From NCBI GenBank assembly GCA_001275005.1, contig JWZX01003106.1:1-51474 (forward strand): a stretch of 51,474 nt of DNA, written 5' to 3'. A program made the position numbers and the translations under genes. This document shows positions 34,930 to 44,730 of this stretch, in pieces. Below the pieces are notes generated by a model, which worked only from the letters and a program-made list of their open reading frames with translations, had not been told where the DNA came from and made no database searches. This DNA comes from Chrysochromulina tobinii (taxonomy: Eukaryota). Numbering within the stretch: the stretch's first letter is position 1; every line of letters begins with the position of its first letter.

Positions 34930-35299
34930 CGCAACTCGTGGAGTGCCGCGTAGACGTGCTTAGTGTCGGTGCGTGGCGGCCTTTTGCAATGCCGGGCCAA
35001 ACGCGACTTGCCAGGGTTTTTGGGGACCAGAGACGAATTCTACTGCAGTTTGCATGCACACAACATTTGCAGATTTATTTGTGGAAGGCCGCTGACCCTG
35101 TCGACTGCGCGCGCGCTGTGATGCTCTCTATTTGTTCAACTTAGGAGCGTATTCGTACTACTTGTATCCTGGAATCACCTATCATGGAGTGGGCATGCAC
35201 TGACCACTGCTCGGTTGGCGCCTGTGGCTCCACGCCCTGCGCGGTGTGATGCTGGCGGTGCGAGCCGCCGGAAGTCGATCCGGTTGAAAAGAAGGATAA

Positions 35300-37105
35300 T
35301 CAAACTTCCTTCCTTCTTCGAGCCCTGATCTTGTTGCTCTTCCCCCTTGTCGACTGCTGGCTGCCCCTGTACGTCGACGGCGTCGGCTTCCGTGCGGGCG
35401 GAGGCGGGCACCATCGCGCGCCGGACTCGAAGTCTTGTCCCTCGCGCGCCTTATACCGGCCAGCGCGATTCACGAGATCAAGGTAACGGCTCGGCGTGTC
35501 TTTGTACCGGTCGGCTGCGTCAGTGATGGACGCTGCGATGATGGCAGCGCGTTGACATCCTCGCGACGGTGGCCAGGTGGCGCGCGCAGCGACTACAGTC
35601 GTAGGCAGGCTAAGCCCTGGGACTATGCCTTCTGCGGCGGGCCCTTGCTTAACGGTCACTTGAATTGGGATGCTCCTCGATGCCGAGAAGGACGAGGTGC
35701 TGGCTGAGCGCAGGCGCCCTTCCAGAATCTGCTCCATCGAGAGGGTGAAGGACGCCGCCATGCCCAGCGGCGTGGGGACCGGCGGCGGCGGGTTGCGCTG
35801 CTCTGGCGTCCTTGCGCGCCCACGTGGCGACGTGCGGAGCATCGCCGCGACCATGCGCTCCGCGTGTAGCCCTGCCTCATGCTGCTCGGCTGGGACCTTA
35901 CCTGCGCGTAAGGCTGCAGCCCGCGCGTCAGCAGCTGCCGCTAGCTTCCAGCGCTCACTGCCCTTTTCGGAGAAAAAGGAGGCAAAGGAGCTGTTGACGC
36001 GGTGCCAGTAGACGCGCCAGTCAGCAGAACTCATGCGCTTGAGCCCAGGATAAAGAGCCATCCACGCGTGATCCTGCGCGAGCTTTAGGTCACGCTCGAT
36101 CGCCCGCCGGTTCATGCCGAGGCGCGAAAAGCCGTCCGAAGTGCTGCTGCCCGAAGACGCGTCCGATCTCATGCTTCTCACGCTGCTTGCCGGCGGTGCC
36201 GAGCTCGGCCGCGGGCAAAATGACGTCCCCGGATGCCAGCCGCTTTGCGCGGTTAGCAGCCAAACTGCCCAGGCGACCGTGTCCCGCCAGGTCGGCCCAC
36301 CTGGCTCATCGGCACTCTGATCTCCCCGACTGGCTGTTGCGAACTTGTGCATGATCGAGGGTTGCGTGGAGAGGTAGTCAAACCACCGGTCGACAACCGC
36401 GATCAGGCCCATGCGAAGGGGGCCGAAGGGCACCTTTTCGGCCTCGATCTCGTGCTCCGTCTGGACCCCCGGCGCTGGCGCCTCGTCGCTTTTGGGCTCC
36501 TCGACGTTTGCGATCTTGCGACCGCGAGCAGCATAGTAGGCCATCTGAGCATGGCCTACTTGGGCCACTACCTCCTCCTTCTCCTTCTCGGCCGCTTTCT
36601 CCTCGTCTGCACGCTTGGCAGCTGCCAGGCGCTCCCACTTCTCATCTTCCGGCAGCAAAAGTGTGTTCACCTTCTCGAGCGCATCGGATCTGTATGCGGA
36701 GATGATCATGCGATCGACCGCATCGATCGCCGAGACCTTCCCGTTTAGCTTCTCGATCAGCTCATGGCGAGGCATGCTGATCAGGGTATGCAGTGAGTTG
36801 ATGCCGCTCTGCGCGAGCGTCAGCGCAAGCTCGTCCCTCAACCCCAAATTATCGAGCAAGGCCACGACCGGCTTTTCGAGCGATTCGATCAACAGCTCCT
36901 TTTCTTTCTCTGCTCGCCGCATCGCATCTTCTTCTCTCAGTCGCTCACGCTCGGCCCGCTTTCGATTTTCCGCCTCGGCCTTTCGAATCTGCTCCAGCTC
37001 CCTACGCCGCTTCGCTTCGTTGGCTCTTCTCACCTCCTCCAACTTCTCAGCGGGCTCCTCAGAGTCGACCTCCTCCATCTCCTCCATCTCCTCCAACGAC
37101 GCCAT
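35300..37105 (-). CDS. Hypothetical protein (coiled coil plus possible SAM-like segment)
   Basis: Long ORF from ATG 37105 (MASLEEMEE…); E/R/K-rich coil followed by VVALLDNLGLRDELALTLAQSGINSL. Confidence 0.6.
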   Translation of the reverse strand: MASLEEMEEMEEVDSEEPAEKLEEVRRANEAKRRRELEQIRKAEAENRKRAERERLREEDAMRRAEKEKELLIESLEKPVVALLDNLGLRDELALTLAQSGINSLHTLISMPRHELIEKLNGKVSAIDAVDRMIISAYRSDALEKVNTLLLPEDEKWERLAAAKRADEEKAAEKEKEEVVAQVGHAQMAYYAARGRKIANVEEPKSDEAPAPGVQTEHEIEAEKVPFGPLRMGLIAVVDRWFDYLSTQPSIMHKFATASRGDQSADEPGGPTWRDTVAWAVWLLTAQSGWHPGTSFCPRPSSAPPASSVRSMRSDASSGSSTSDGFSRLGMNRRAIERDLKLAQDHAWMALYPGLKRMSSADWRVYWHRVNSSFASFFSEKGSERWKLAAAADARAAALRAGKVPAEQHEAGLHAERMVAAMLRTSPRGRARTPEQRNPPPPVPTPLGMAASFTLSMEQILEGRLRSASTSSFSASRSIPIQVTVKQGPAAEGIVPGLSLPTTVVAARATWPPSRGCQRAAIIAASITDAADRYKDTPSRYLDLVNRAGRYKAREGQDFESGARWCPPPPARKPTPSTYRGSQQSTRGKSNKIRARRRKEV

Positions 37106-37382
37106 CAGGCGCAGGCCCAAGGCCACACTTTGGACGGGTCGAGCCGTGGCGTGAGCGCGCGGCCGGCAAGGGTCTCTCACAACGCGGTCCCTCCCTGCAA
37201 GCAGCTCCGTCCGGCGACCCAATACTGTTTCACTTGACGCGACGCGAAGCGACAATTGGGACGCGTCGACTACGAAAAGTCGTAGTCTTCCAGGTAACTA
37301 GGCGACAGGCGCGCGCGCGCGCTCTTCGAGGAATTTTCGTTTGGGGATCCCAGAAACATCTCCGCGTTTGGCAAAATTTCCT

Positions 37383-38210
37383 ATGCTCTTCGAAGACGAG
37401 AGCCTATCTGCGGGCGAGCAGCACGACGCGAATGCTGATTCGTCGGCAATGCACCCGCTCGATGACGCGCTGGTAGAGCGGGACGAGGAAAGCAACGGCG
37501 ACGAGGACGACGAGGACGACGAGGACGAGGGCGAAGATGATGACGATGACGCCTCCTCATACACTTCCGCCTCTGCTCTCGAGGAGGAGGCGCTGTACGC
37601 CGACCAGCCGGCGTGCGGATTGTCGCCGCGGTTGGTCGTGCGTCGCGGCGTGCAGACGCTCCTGGCAGCCGACGCGGCCAGCGGCAAGTCGCAGGTGCCC
37701 GCATCGTCGATCCAACGAGTGGACACAATCGCAAGCTTCGAGCGGGCGATGCAGCATGCAGGGCCCTTGAGCCTGGTGGCGCCCGTTGGCGGCGCGGGCA
37801 GCGGATCGGGCACGCTGCCTGCCTCGATCGCCAGGATCACTTCTCTGAGCGGGCTGCAGGAACTCGCCGAGGCCGAGGCCGCCGTCGAAGGGGAGGGTGG
37901 CGATGACAGCACTCCAGGGGGCAGCAGCAGCGCGACAACGACAACGACGACCGAGGTCACGGGCAGCCGCGGCAAGGACACGAGCACGAGCGTCGCCGCC
38001 GTCACCTACCGCATGAACGCGGCGTTCATGCCGCCGCCTTCCGCAGCGGCTACCCGAAAGGCTGAGCCACTCGAGGTGCGCCGGATCGATACTATGGAGC
38101 TCCTCTCGGCAGACGATCTCGTCGAAGACGCGGGCGGAGCGGCGACGGCCTCGCTGGCCGGCGACCCGCCAGCGAAGCGCGTTAAGATCGGGGGCGGTGA
38201 AGAGGCTTGA
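37383..38210 (+). CDS. Hypothetical acidic protein with C-terminal NLS-like PPAKRVK
   Basis: ORF with a D/E tract; divergently oriented from the previous gene. Confidence 0.6.
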   Translation: MLFEDESLSAGEQHDANADSSAMHPLDDALVERDEESNGDEDDEDDEDEGEDDDDDASSYTSASALEEEALYADQPACGLSPRLVVRRGVQTLLAADAASGKSQVPASSIQRVDTIASFERAMQHAGPLSLVAPVGGAGSGSGTLPASIARITSLSGLQELAEAEAAVEGEGGDDSTPGGSSSATTTTTTEVTGSRGKDTSTSVAAVTYRMNAAFMPPPSAAATRKAEPLEVRRIDTMELLSADDLVEDAGGAATASLAGDPPAKRVKIGGGEEA

Positions 38211-38557
38211 AAGAGAGCCCCCGGGGATATGATGTAGAGAGATGAAGGAGCCCTCGCGAGAGACTTCCGCGACGCAAGCACAGGTGCGAGCGGGGCTCGT
38301 CTCTGAGCGGCCGCCGCTCGTCTGACGCTGAGCGGAGTACGGGAGCGGAGATCTGCACACTGCACTACATCAGCTCAGATAAGAGATATCAGGTCACACG
38401 TCACACTAGAACACCAATGAGTACTACAATGTCACTCAGAGCGCTAAAACGCGCTAACCGCGCTATGACCATTGGCTATGTCGTGTCCTCTTTCGTCAAT
38501 CCGTCGCTCCGCTCTCGGCGAGCACACATTTCTCTCCCTCTGGGTAGCGCACATAAC

Positions 38558-38890
38558 TCATCGCCTAAAGCGCGCCCGAATCTCTGCCTGCAATGCTCGA
38601 ATGCCCCGCTCGCGCTCCTGCACTGCACCGGAGTCGCGCATCGTCTGCAGCAAGATGATGTTACCTGCCACAACCGCACGTGGTCAGAGTCACCTGCAGT
38701 GCACGTATGATATGGGCGCGTAGGTTTGGAGCGGTGGCGACCTACCAGCAGCAGTGCCTGGAGGGAGCAGCGCGAGCGGTAGTCGGAATACGTGCGGTGG
38801 CTCTGTGCCCATGGAGATAACCGCAGAGTCTCCGTCCACTTCGCCAACGGTGACCAGGTGCATCTGCGAGGAATTGGCGGGTTGCGTCAT
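38558..38890 (-). CDS. Small (~83 aa) Chs5 N-terminal-domain-like protein, 2 exons (intron 38665-38745)
   Basis: Spliced product MTQPANSSQMHLVTVGEVDGDSAVISMGTEPPHVFRLPLALLPPGTAAGNIILLQTMRDSGAVQERERGIRALQAEIRARFRR. It matches the TVG..D…P..LLP….G.I…LQ.EI pattern of CHS5_N. Confidence 0.65.
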
Positions 38891-39126
38891 GCAGCCTCGA
38901 CGTGAAGCACCGTCCCGTGGACTCGCACCACTCGCGCGGTGCCGCGCGCTCCTCCGTCGGCCCAGAGCTGGCCGCCGGCCGCTTCGAAGTTCATCGGAGC
39001 TTCCTATTCAGGAGGGATCGAAGCGTCTTCCAGTAGAGAAAACTGAATGCTATCCGGATACGTTCCAGCGCGGTGTTTTTTTCGCGTGCTGTCGCGCAGA
39101 TCGCCCAAGTTTTTTTGCCTCTTTCC

Positions 39127-39983
39127 ATGGCCGCTTCTTTGAGCCGCGCACTCCGCGCCTCGCGGCCTGTGTCGTCGCTGCTCTCACGCCAGGCGCCGGT
39201 GCTGGCGGTCCGCTCGCTGCGTGCTGCGGCGCCCGTGCAGAGCAGCGTTCCGACGGTCACCACGGACAACGGCACTGTCGGTAAGCGCTGCCCCCGCCGC
39301 CGCTGCTCAGGAAGATACCCAGGGCATCTGCGCTGCGCGGGTCTGTCTCGAGGCGACCGTGCCTGTTTGCCTGAGTCTGACCGATTGCTCGCATCCCGCC
39401 GCCGCCCGCAGTCCCCGTCGACAAGTTCGTCGACTCTGATTCACTTGCCTATCACATGGCGAAGGTGCGCCACTCCGACCCCGCCAACCGCACGTTCAAC
39501 TACACGATGATCGGCGGCGCGCGCTTCATGGGCGCCTCGGCAGCTCGCCTGCTGGTAGTCAAGTTCTTTGCGGCCATGAACCCCGCGGCGGACGTCCTCG
39601 CCCTCGCCTCGCTCGAGGTGGACATTGGCAATCTGCAGCCAGGAAACTGCATGATCGTCAAGTGGCGTGGCAAGCCCGTGTTCATCCGCAGCCGCACTGA
39701 GGACGAGATTGCGGCGGCGACCTCGGTGCCCATGGGCGAGCTGCGCGACCCGCAGGCTGATGAGGACCGCGTGCAGAAGGCTGAGACGCTCGTGTGCATC
39801 GGTGTGTGTACGCACCTCGGCTGTGTGCCCATCAACGGCGCCGGTGACTACAACGGCTGGTTCTGCCCGTGCCACGGCTCGCACTACGACACGTCGGGCC
39901 GCATCCGCAAGGGCCCCGCGCCGCTCAACCTCGAGATACCGCCCTACTCGTTCGTCGACGACACCAAGCTCCTTGTCGGTTAA
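39127..39983 (+). CDS. RIP1: Mitochondrial cytochrome bc1 Rieske iron-sulfur subunit, 2 exons (intron 39281-39411)
   Basis: Arg/Ser/Ala-rich presequence; [20 protein letters not shown] and GPAPLNL; phase-1 intron. Confidence 0.95.
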
Positions 39984-40910
39984 ATGGTTCTCCATTCACG
40001 TCCGAGCGGCCGAAGCAGGCGCGCTCGGCCGTTCCTAAACAGGCGCGCTCGGCCGCCTTCGGCTGGGGTTGGGACGGCGAATGAGGCTGCGACAGGTAGG
40101 GCATGCCCGACTGGGGACGGCCCAGTGCGATCTGCGACGATGTGACTACTTTCTGATGTTGACTCATGCGTGCCCCAGTGTGCTATCGCGGCGAGAGCTG
40201 ACGGCTCCGTGCGCACCGTGGCTGGCGGCCGCCGCGACGTCGCTCCTGAAAAAGAGCGAAAGCGAGAGGCCCGCGACGGTGGGCGCCATGTGTGTTTCTT
40301 CCAGTTCTACATCGTGTATTAATATCAAATATGAATCGGAAACCCGGGTCCCGCGGCGCGGACCCCCAGCGGTACCGCCCCGGCGCCACCCCGGGACCCG
40401 CCGTTCCACCCGCGCGGCGGGGTCGGCGCGTTCTCGACGGACGCTGCGCCGACGATCTCCGGGCACACGAAACGGGCGGCGGGACGCACGTGGGGTCGGA
40501 GGCAACCGAACGCAGCGACGCCGCCAGATGCGACGGAGGCGCGCCGGAGGCAGCTCGAGGGGAGGCAGCGGGGAGGCGGCAGGCGGGCAGGGACGCCAGG
40601 ACGCGCGCCCACGGAACAGACTGTCGCGGGAATGTTGACACATGGTCATGCAAGCACAGTGTCGAGCTCTGGAATGACTGAGCTCGTCCTGATACGTGCG
40701 CATCGCCGCGCCGCCCATAGCAGGTTATCACTTAGCAGCAGCACACACATTGCCCGCATCCGAAGTCCAAATGCGTTTCGCCCGTTCGGGACAGGGCGGT
40801 CGGCACGGCATTTCTGCCTTTTACAGAGACGGAATCGTGCTGAACTGCTGATGCCGCGCGGCCGTCAGCGCAGCCGGAGGCGGCCCTCTGTCGCGCCGCC
40901 ACTGCAGTCC

Positions 40911-42215
40911 TTAGAGCGAGACGGACTGCAGGCCAGCGATGCCGTGGCGCGGCGCGAGGCTGCACTCGATCTGTACCGTCTCGATCATCTTCCTCTTCGT
41001 CGAGAGCGCCTCGATGGCTTCCGCCACCTCATCGGAGATGATCTGGCTGCGTGAAGTGTCTCGCCCGCTCGCTCGATCACTCTGAAACTCCTCATCCTCC
41101 ACCTCCTCCTCGTCCCACTCGTCGTCATCGCCGCCGCCGCCGCGGCCCTCGACCTTTACGGGCGCAGGCGCTGCCGACGATGGACACGACGAGCGCTGCG
41201 GCTGCGGCTGCGGCTGCGGCTGCGGCGGCTGTACCTTCTTCGGCTTCGTCCAGGTGGTCGTCTTGGTGTGCACGTTGTAATAGTAGTGCTTGGAGCTCTG
41301 CTGGTCATAGTACTCCACCCAACCCTTGGGCAAGTTGCCCTGCTGCTCGTTGGCGATGACGAGGCCAGCCTGCTCGACGGCCGTCTGTCCCACGAGCTCC
41401 ATGAGCAGGCGGAGCGCGCGCTGCGACTCTATCTGCTTGGCCTTGAGAGCCTTGTACAGCTCGTCCAGCTGCGCGTCCAGCCCGCTCGCCGTACCGACGA
41501 CCTTCTTCGACTCGAGGATGAGTTGCGAGCAGCTCACTACGACGGTAGTGTTCGAGCTGTCGGCCTCGTCCGCTGCCGCTGCCGTGGCGCCGGCTGCATC
41601 AGGTTTGGCCTTGCCGCGACTGCTGCCAGGCCGATAGGATAGGGCCGACGACAAGAGGGACGTGGAGCGCTCGGTCTCGGCAGTGCTGTCGCGCGCCCTG
41701 GGCTTCGCGCCCACGCTCGTGATCACCAGCTGGATCACCCCCTTTATGTCCTGCAGCAGCGCCAAAGCCTCAGGAGGCGTCACCACCGGCCGGCCGTTGA
41801 TGACGTGCACCACATCACCCACCTTGAGTTTCTTAGACTTGGCGATGAGGGAGCCCTCATGGAGCTTAGACACGACCACACCCTTGAGCAACGTGTCCTC
41901 TGGTACGTCGAAGGTGATCCCGAGCACGTCGTTCGCTTTGTCCTTCCACAGGGTGATCTCCTGCGGGCCAGCCGCCTTGTTGCCGTGCGACAAGGAGATG
42001 GCCGAGAGCGCCGCCTTTCGGAAGGTCGACATCGTACGCTTCACACTGCCGGCCGCCACCACCTCCTCATCAAAGCCTCCATCGACTCCAGAGTCTGTCA
42101 GCCCCGTGCTCCCGGGCTTGCCACCGTACGGGCTTTTCGCCTCGCGGCGCTGCGCGCGCTGCAAGGAGCCGCGCCGCGAGAGAGGCCCTGGGCCATTGTC
42201 GCCACCTTCGCTCAT
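40911..42215 (-). CDS. PDZ + WW domain protein
   Basis: VLGITF…LKVGDVVHVING (PDZ) and LPKGWVEYYD…YYYNVHTKTTTWTKP (WW). Confidence 0.85.
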   Translation of the reverse strand: MSEGGDNGPGPLSRRGSLQRAQRREAKSPYGGKPGSTGLTDSGVDGGFDEEVVAAGSVKRTMSTFRKAALSAISLSHGNKAAGPQEITLWKDKANDVLGITFDVPEDTLLKGVVVSKLHEGSLIAKSKKLKVGDVVHVINGRPVVTPPEALALLQDIKGVIQLVITSVGAKPRARDSTAETERSTSLLSSALSYRPGSSRGKAKPDAAGATAAAADEADSSNTTVVVSCSQLILESKKVVGTASGLDAQLDELYKALKAKQIESQRALRLLMELVGQTAVEQAGLVIANEQQGNLPKGWVEYYDQQSSKHYYYNVHTKTTTWTKPKKVQPPQPQPQPQPQRSSCPSSAAPAPVKVEGRGGGGDDDEWDEEEVEDEEFQSDRASGRDTSRSQIISDEVAEAIEALSTKRKMIETVQIECSLAPRHGIAGLQSVSL

Positions 42216-42381
42216 GCTTGAACGAGACCGCCAATCGGGCAAGCTGGGCAACGAAACTGAAATACATGTACTCTGAACGTGTTCCGTTCTGCTTAGGGCG
42301 AGCGGGACGAGCTCGACACGCACCGTTCACAGACAACTGTTGCACAAACTGAGGCCCGCCGACGCACGGCCTCCCGACACG

Positions 42382-44481
42382 ATGCCACGAGGCAAGAAGC
42401 GAAAGCAGGCCGAGGCGCTTTCGGGCTCGGAGGCGAGCAAGCATCTCGCCGCACTGGATGAGGCGCTCGAGATCCTCGACGCGTGGGACGACGTCGCCGA
42501 TTCTGAGCTTACCGGCGTGCTCAGCCAACTCGCCTCGTTGCTGAGGATTAGCGAGGAGGCGCTCGTGCGCATGCACTCGTGCGACAAGCTGCCCTTCGAC
42601 CGCTTGTCAGCCGTCCTAGTGCGGAGCTGCGGCCACGCGAGCGCGCCCGTCCGCGTCGCCGGTTGGATGGCCGCACGCGAGTGCTGCCTCGATCAGCAGG
42701 AGCTGTGCGAGATGCTGCTGCTTGAGCGCGCCCTATACAGCAGCGCGTGGTCGCAGCTGCGCGATGGCGCCGCAGGCGCCGCCACCAGCGCTATCGTTGG
42801 CCTGCTTCAGCAGGCATGCGAGCTGTCAGATGAGGCCGTCGTCGCGGCGGGCGAGGCCGAGCTGACGGCGCTGCTGGCGGCCGCCTCGCCGCCCGTGGCC
42901 GAGCGGACACGTGCCGCGGCCCTAGAGTTGCTTCTGGTGCTCACAGACCCGACCGCCGCGGATGGCAATGCGGCGCGACTTCTCGTCCGATCGGCTGCCT
43001 GGAGGCTTACGATGGAGGCTGCGCTCGATGCGCCGGCGCTCGTGGGTCTGGCCGCGTCGTTCAACGAAGGGCCGCCGCCGCCGCCGTCGCCGCCATCGCC
43101 GTCGTCAGTGTCCTCATGGCTAGTGTGCACACTCGCCGCCGCCCTCGTCCTTCATGTGGCCGCCTCGACAGGCGAGGCCGGCGCGGACGCGCACGGTGAG
43201 GCGCAGGTGCCCGATATGGCGCCCAATTCCGAGGCCGACGACGACGGCGCGGCCGTGGCGCTGGCCGCTCTGGTGCCAAGAGCGCTGCGTTGCCTGGGGG
43301 CAGCCTGCGCGCAGGCGGCCGATGCTGGCCATGCGCCACCCGAGGATGCGGCGATGCGGGCCGCGCTCGAGGCCCTCACGAATGCGTACATTGGCGGCAA
43401 CGACGCCGACGAGTGTGGAGCTGATCGACGCACGGGTAGCGTTGAGGCGGAAGCTGGCGCGGGCGAGGCCGAAGATGCTGCTGCGACCAAGTCGCGCGCG
43501 GGGGCCCTCGCACGGCGCGCGAGGCAGCTCCTGCCACCGGCCAAGCTGCTACCGCTCGTGCTCGGTAGCCTGCAGCGCTACCTGGGCGTCTACGAGGAAG
43601 CCAAAGGTGGCGCCGGCGCTGGTGGCCCCAGCGGGGCGGGTGGCAGCAGCAGCGCCGGCGACTGCAGCAGCGGCGCAGCCTCTGCAGACGAGGCACGCTG
43701 GAGTGTCGCCGCTCGCATCCTGCGCTGCGCGGGCGCTCTCCTCAGCACGATCTCGCCAGCCGAGCTCGCGCCCATCGCCGCTGTCGCCTGGGAGGCCATG
43801 CTGTGCGCAGGCGAGCGATTCGGTCGTTTCGGCTCGACTGCTCAGGCGGAATTCCTCGACGTCGCCGCGCTCCTTGCCACCGCGGGTGTCGATGGGGGGG
43901 GGGCGGCGGCAGCCCCCTCCTCCGATGCGACGAGCGCAGGCACGACCGTCGAATTCCCTGAGGCGACGCGCCGTTTGGGGCGCCAGTTCCCCGAGGAGTT
44001 ACTCCGGACTCTCAGCACGACGGCGGTGGGCTGGGCGCGTGCGGCGCGGCGCGCGGCGGCACCGTCGGCCGTGGCGCTCGTCGGGAACGTTCTCGCGATG
44101 CTCCGTGCAGTTGGCGAAGCCACCGGCCCGGGGATGCTCGATGACCGGGGCTACGTGGCCGAGATGATCACCGAGATCGGAGTGGAGCTTTCGCGTCGCC
44201 TCGAAGCGTCCGAGGAGCCGCTCGAGGGGGCCGAGGCGGCGGCGGCGCTCGCCGAGGACGCCGATTGCTCTCGGCGGTCGGGCGAACCGCCACTCGTGTC
44301 GGCCGACCAGTTCAGGCGCGCGCTGCACGAGCTGCGCGGAAAGCTGGTTTCTGCTCTGAGGGACGTCGCGACGCGGCGGCGTGCGGCTCGCGAGGCGGAG
44401 GAGGACGAGGGGGCGCGCGCGAGAGAGGAGAAGCTGCGGCACGCGCTCGCGCTCGTCGAAGCTGCGGCGGAGCAGGTCTGA
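42382..44481 (+). CDS. ARM/HEAT-like helical protein (possibly HEATR3/Syo1-like)
   Basis: ~700-aa Ala/Leu-rich ORF with basic N-terminus MPRGKKRKQ; the family call is weak. Confidence 0.55.
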   Translation: MPRGKKRKQAEALSGSEASKHLAALDEALEILDAWDDVADSELTGVLSQLASLLRISEEALVRMHSCDKLPFDRLSAVLVRSCGHASAPVRVAGWMAARECCLDQQELCEMLLLERALYSSAWSQLRDGAAGAATSAIVGLLQQACELSDEAVVAAGEAELTALLAAASPPVAERTRAAALELLLVLTDPTAADGNAARLLVRSAAWRLTMEAALDAPALVGLAASFNEGPPPPPSPPSPSSVSSWLVCTLAAALVLHVAASTGEAGADAHGEAQVPDMAPNSEADDDGAAVALAALVPRALRCLGAACAQAADAGHAPPEDAAMRAALEALTNAYIGGNDADECGADRRTGSVEAEAGAGEAEDAAATKSRAGALARRARQLLPPAKLLPLVLGSLQRYLGVYEEAKGGAGAGGPSGAGGSSSAGDCSSGAASADEARWSVAARILRCAGALLSTISPAELAPIAAVAWEAMLCAGERFGRFGSTAQAEFLDVAALLATAGVDGGGAAAAPSSDATSAGTTVEFPEATRRLGRQFPEELLRTLSTTAVGWARAARRAAAPSAVALVGNVLAMLRAVGEATGPGMLDDRGYVAEMITEIGVELSRRLEASEEPLEGAEAAAALAEDADCSRRSGEPPLVSADQFRRALHELRGKLVSALRDVATRRRAAREAEEDEGARAREEKLRHALALVEAAAEQV

Positions 44482-44607
44482 CCGAATCTGGCTGGGACTC
44501 CGTGTGAACATAGTTTGGACGAGAGCGTGTGAAGTTCACACAGCTTCCGCGAGCGCGAGCGCGTGCCGCAGTTTCTCCTCCTCTCTCTCGCGCGCTGTGT
44601 GAAGTTC
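44413..44607. repeat. Imperfect inverted duplication of the last codons of the ARM-like gene
   Basis: 44541-44595 is the reverse complement of about 44415-44464 with small changes; it is flanked by direct GTGTGAAGTTC at 44527 and 44597. Confidence 0.85.
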
Positions 44608-44730
44608 TCCGTGTGAAGAGGCGATCATACACACACCAAAGTTTATATCATTCACACTTTTTGTGTGATTGAGATTGTCATGGACCCGACTTCCCGCTTC
44701 ACGCTCGCTGGGTTCGGGCTCCACTGACGA

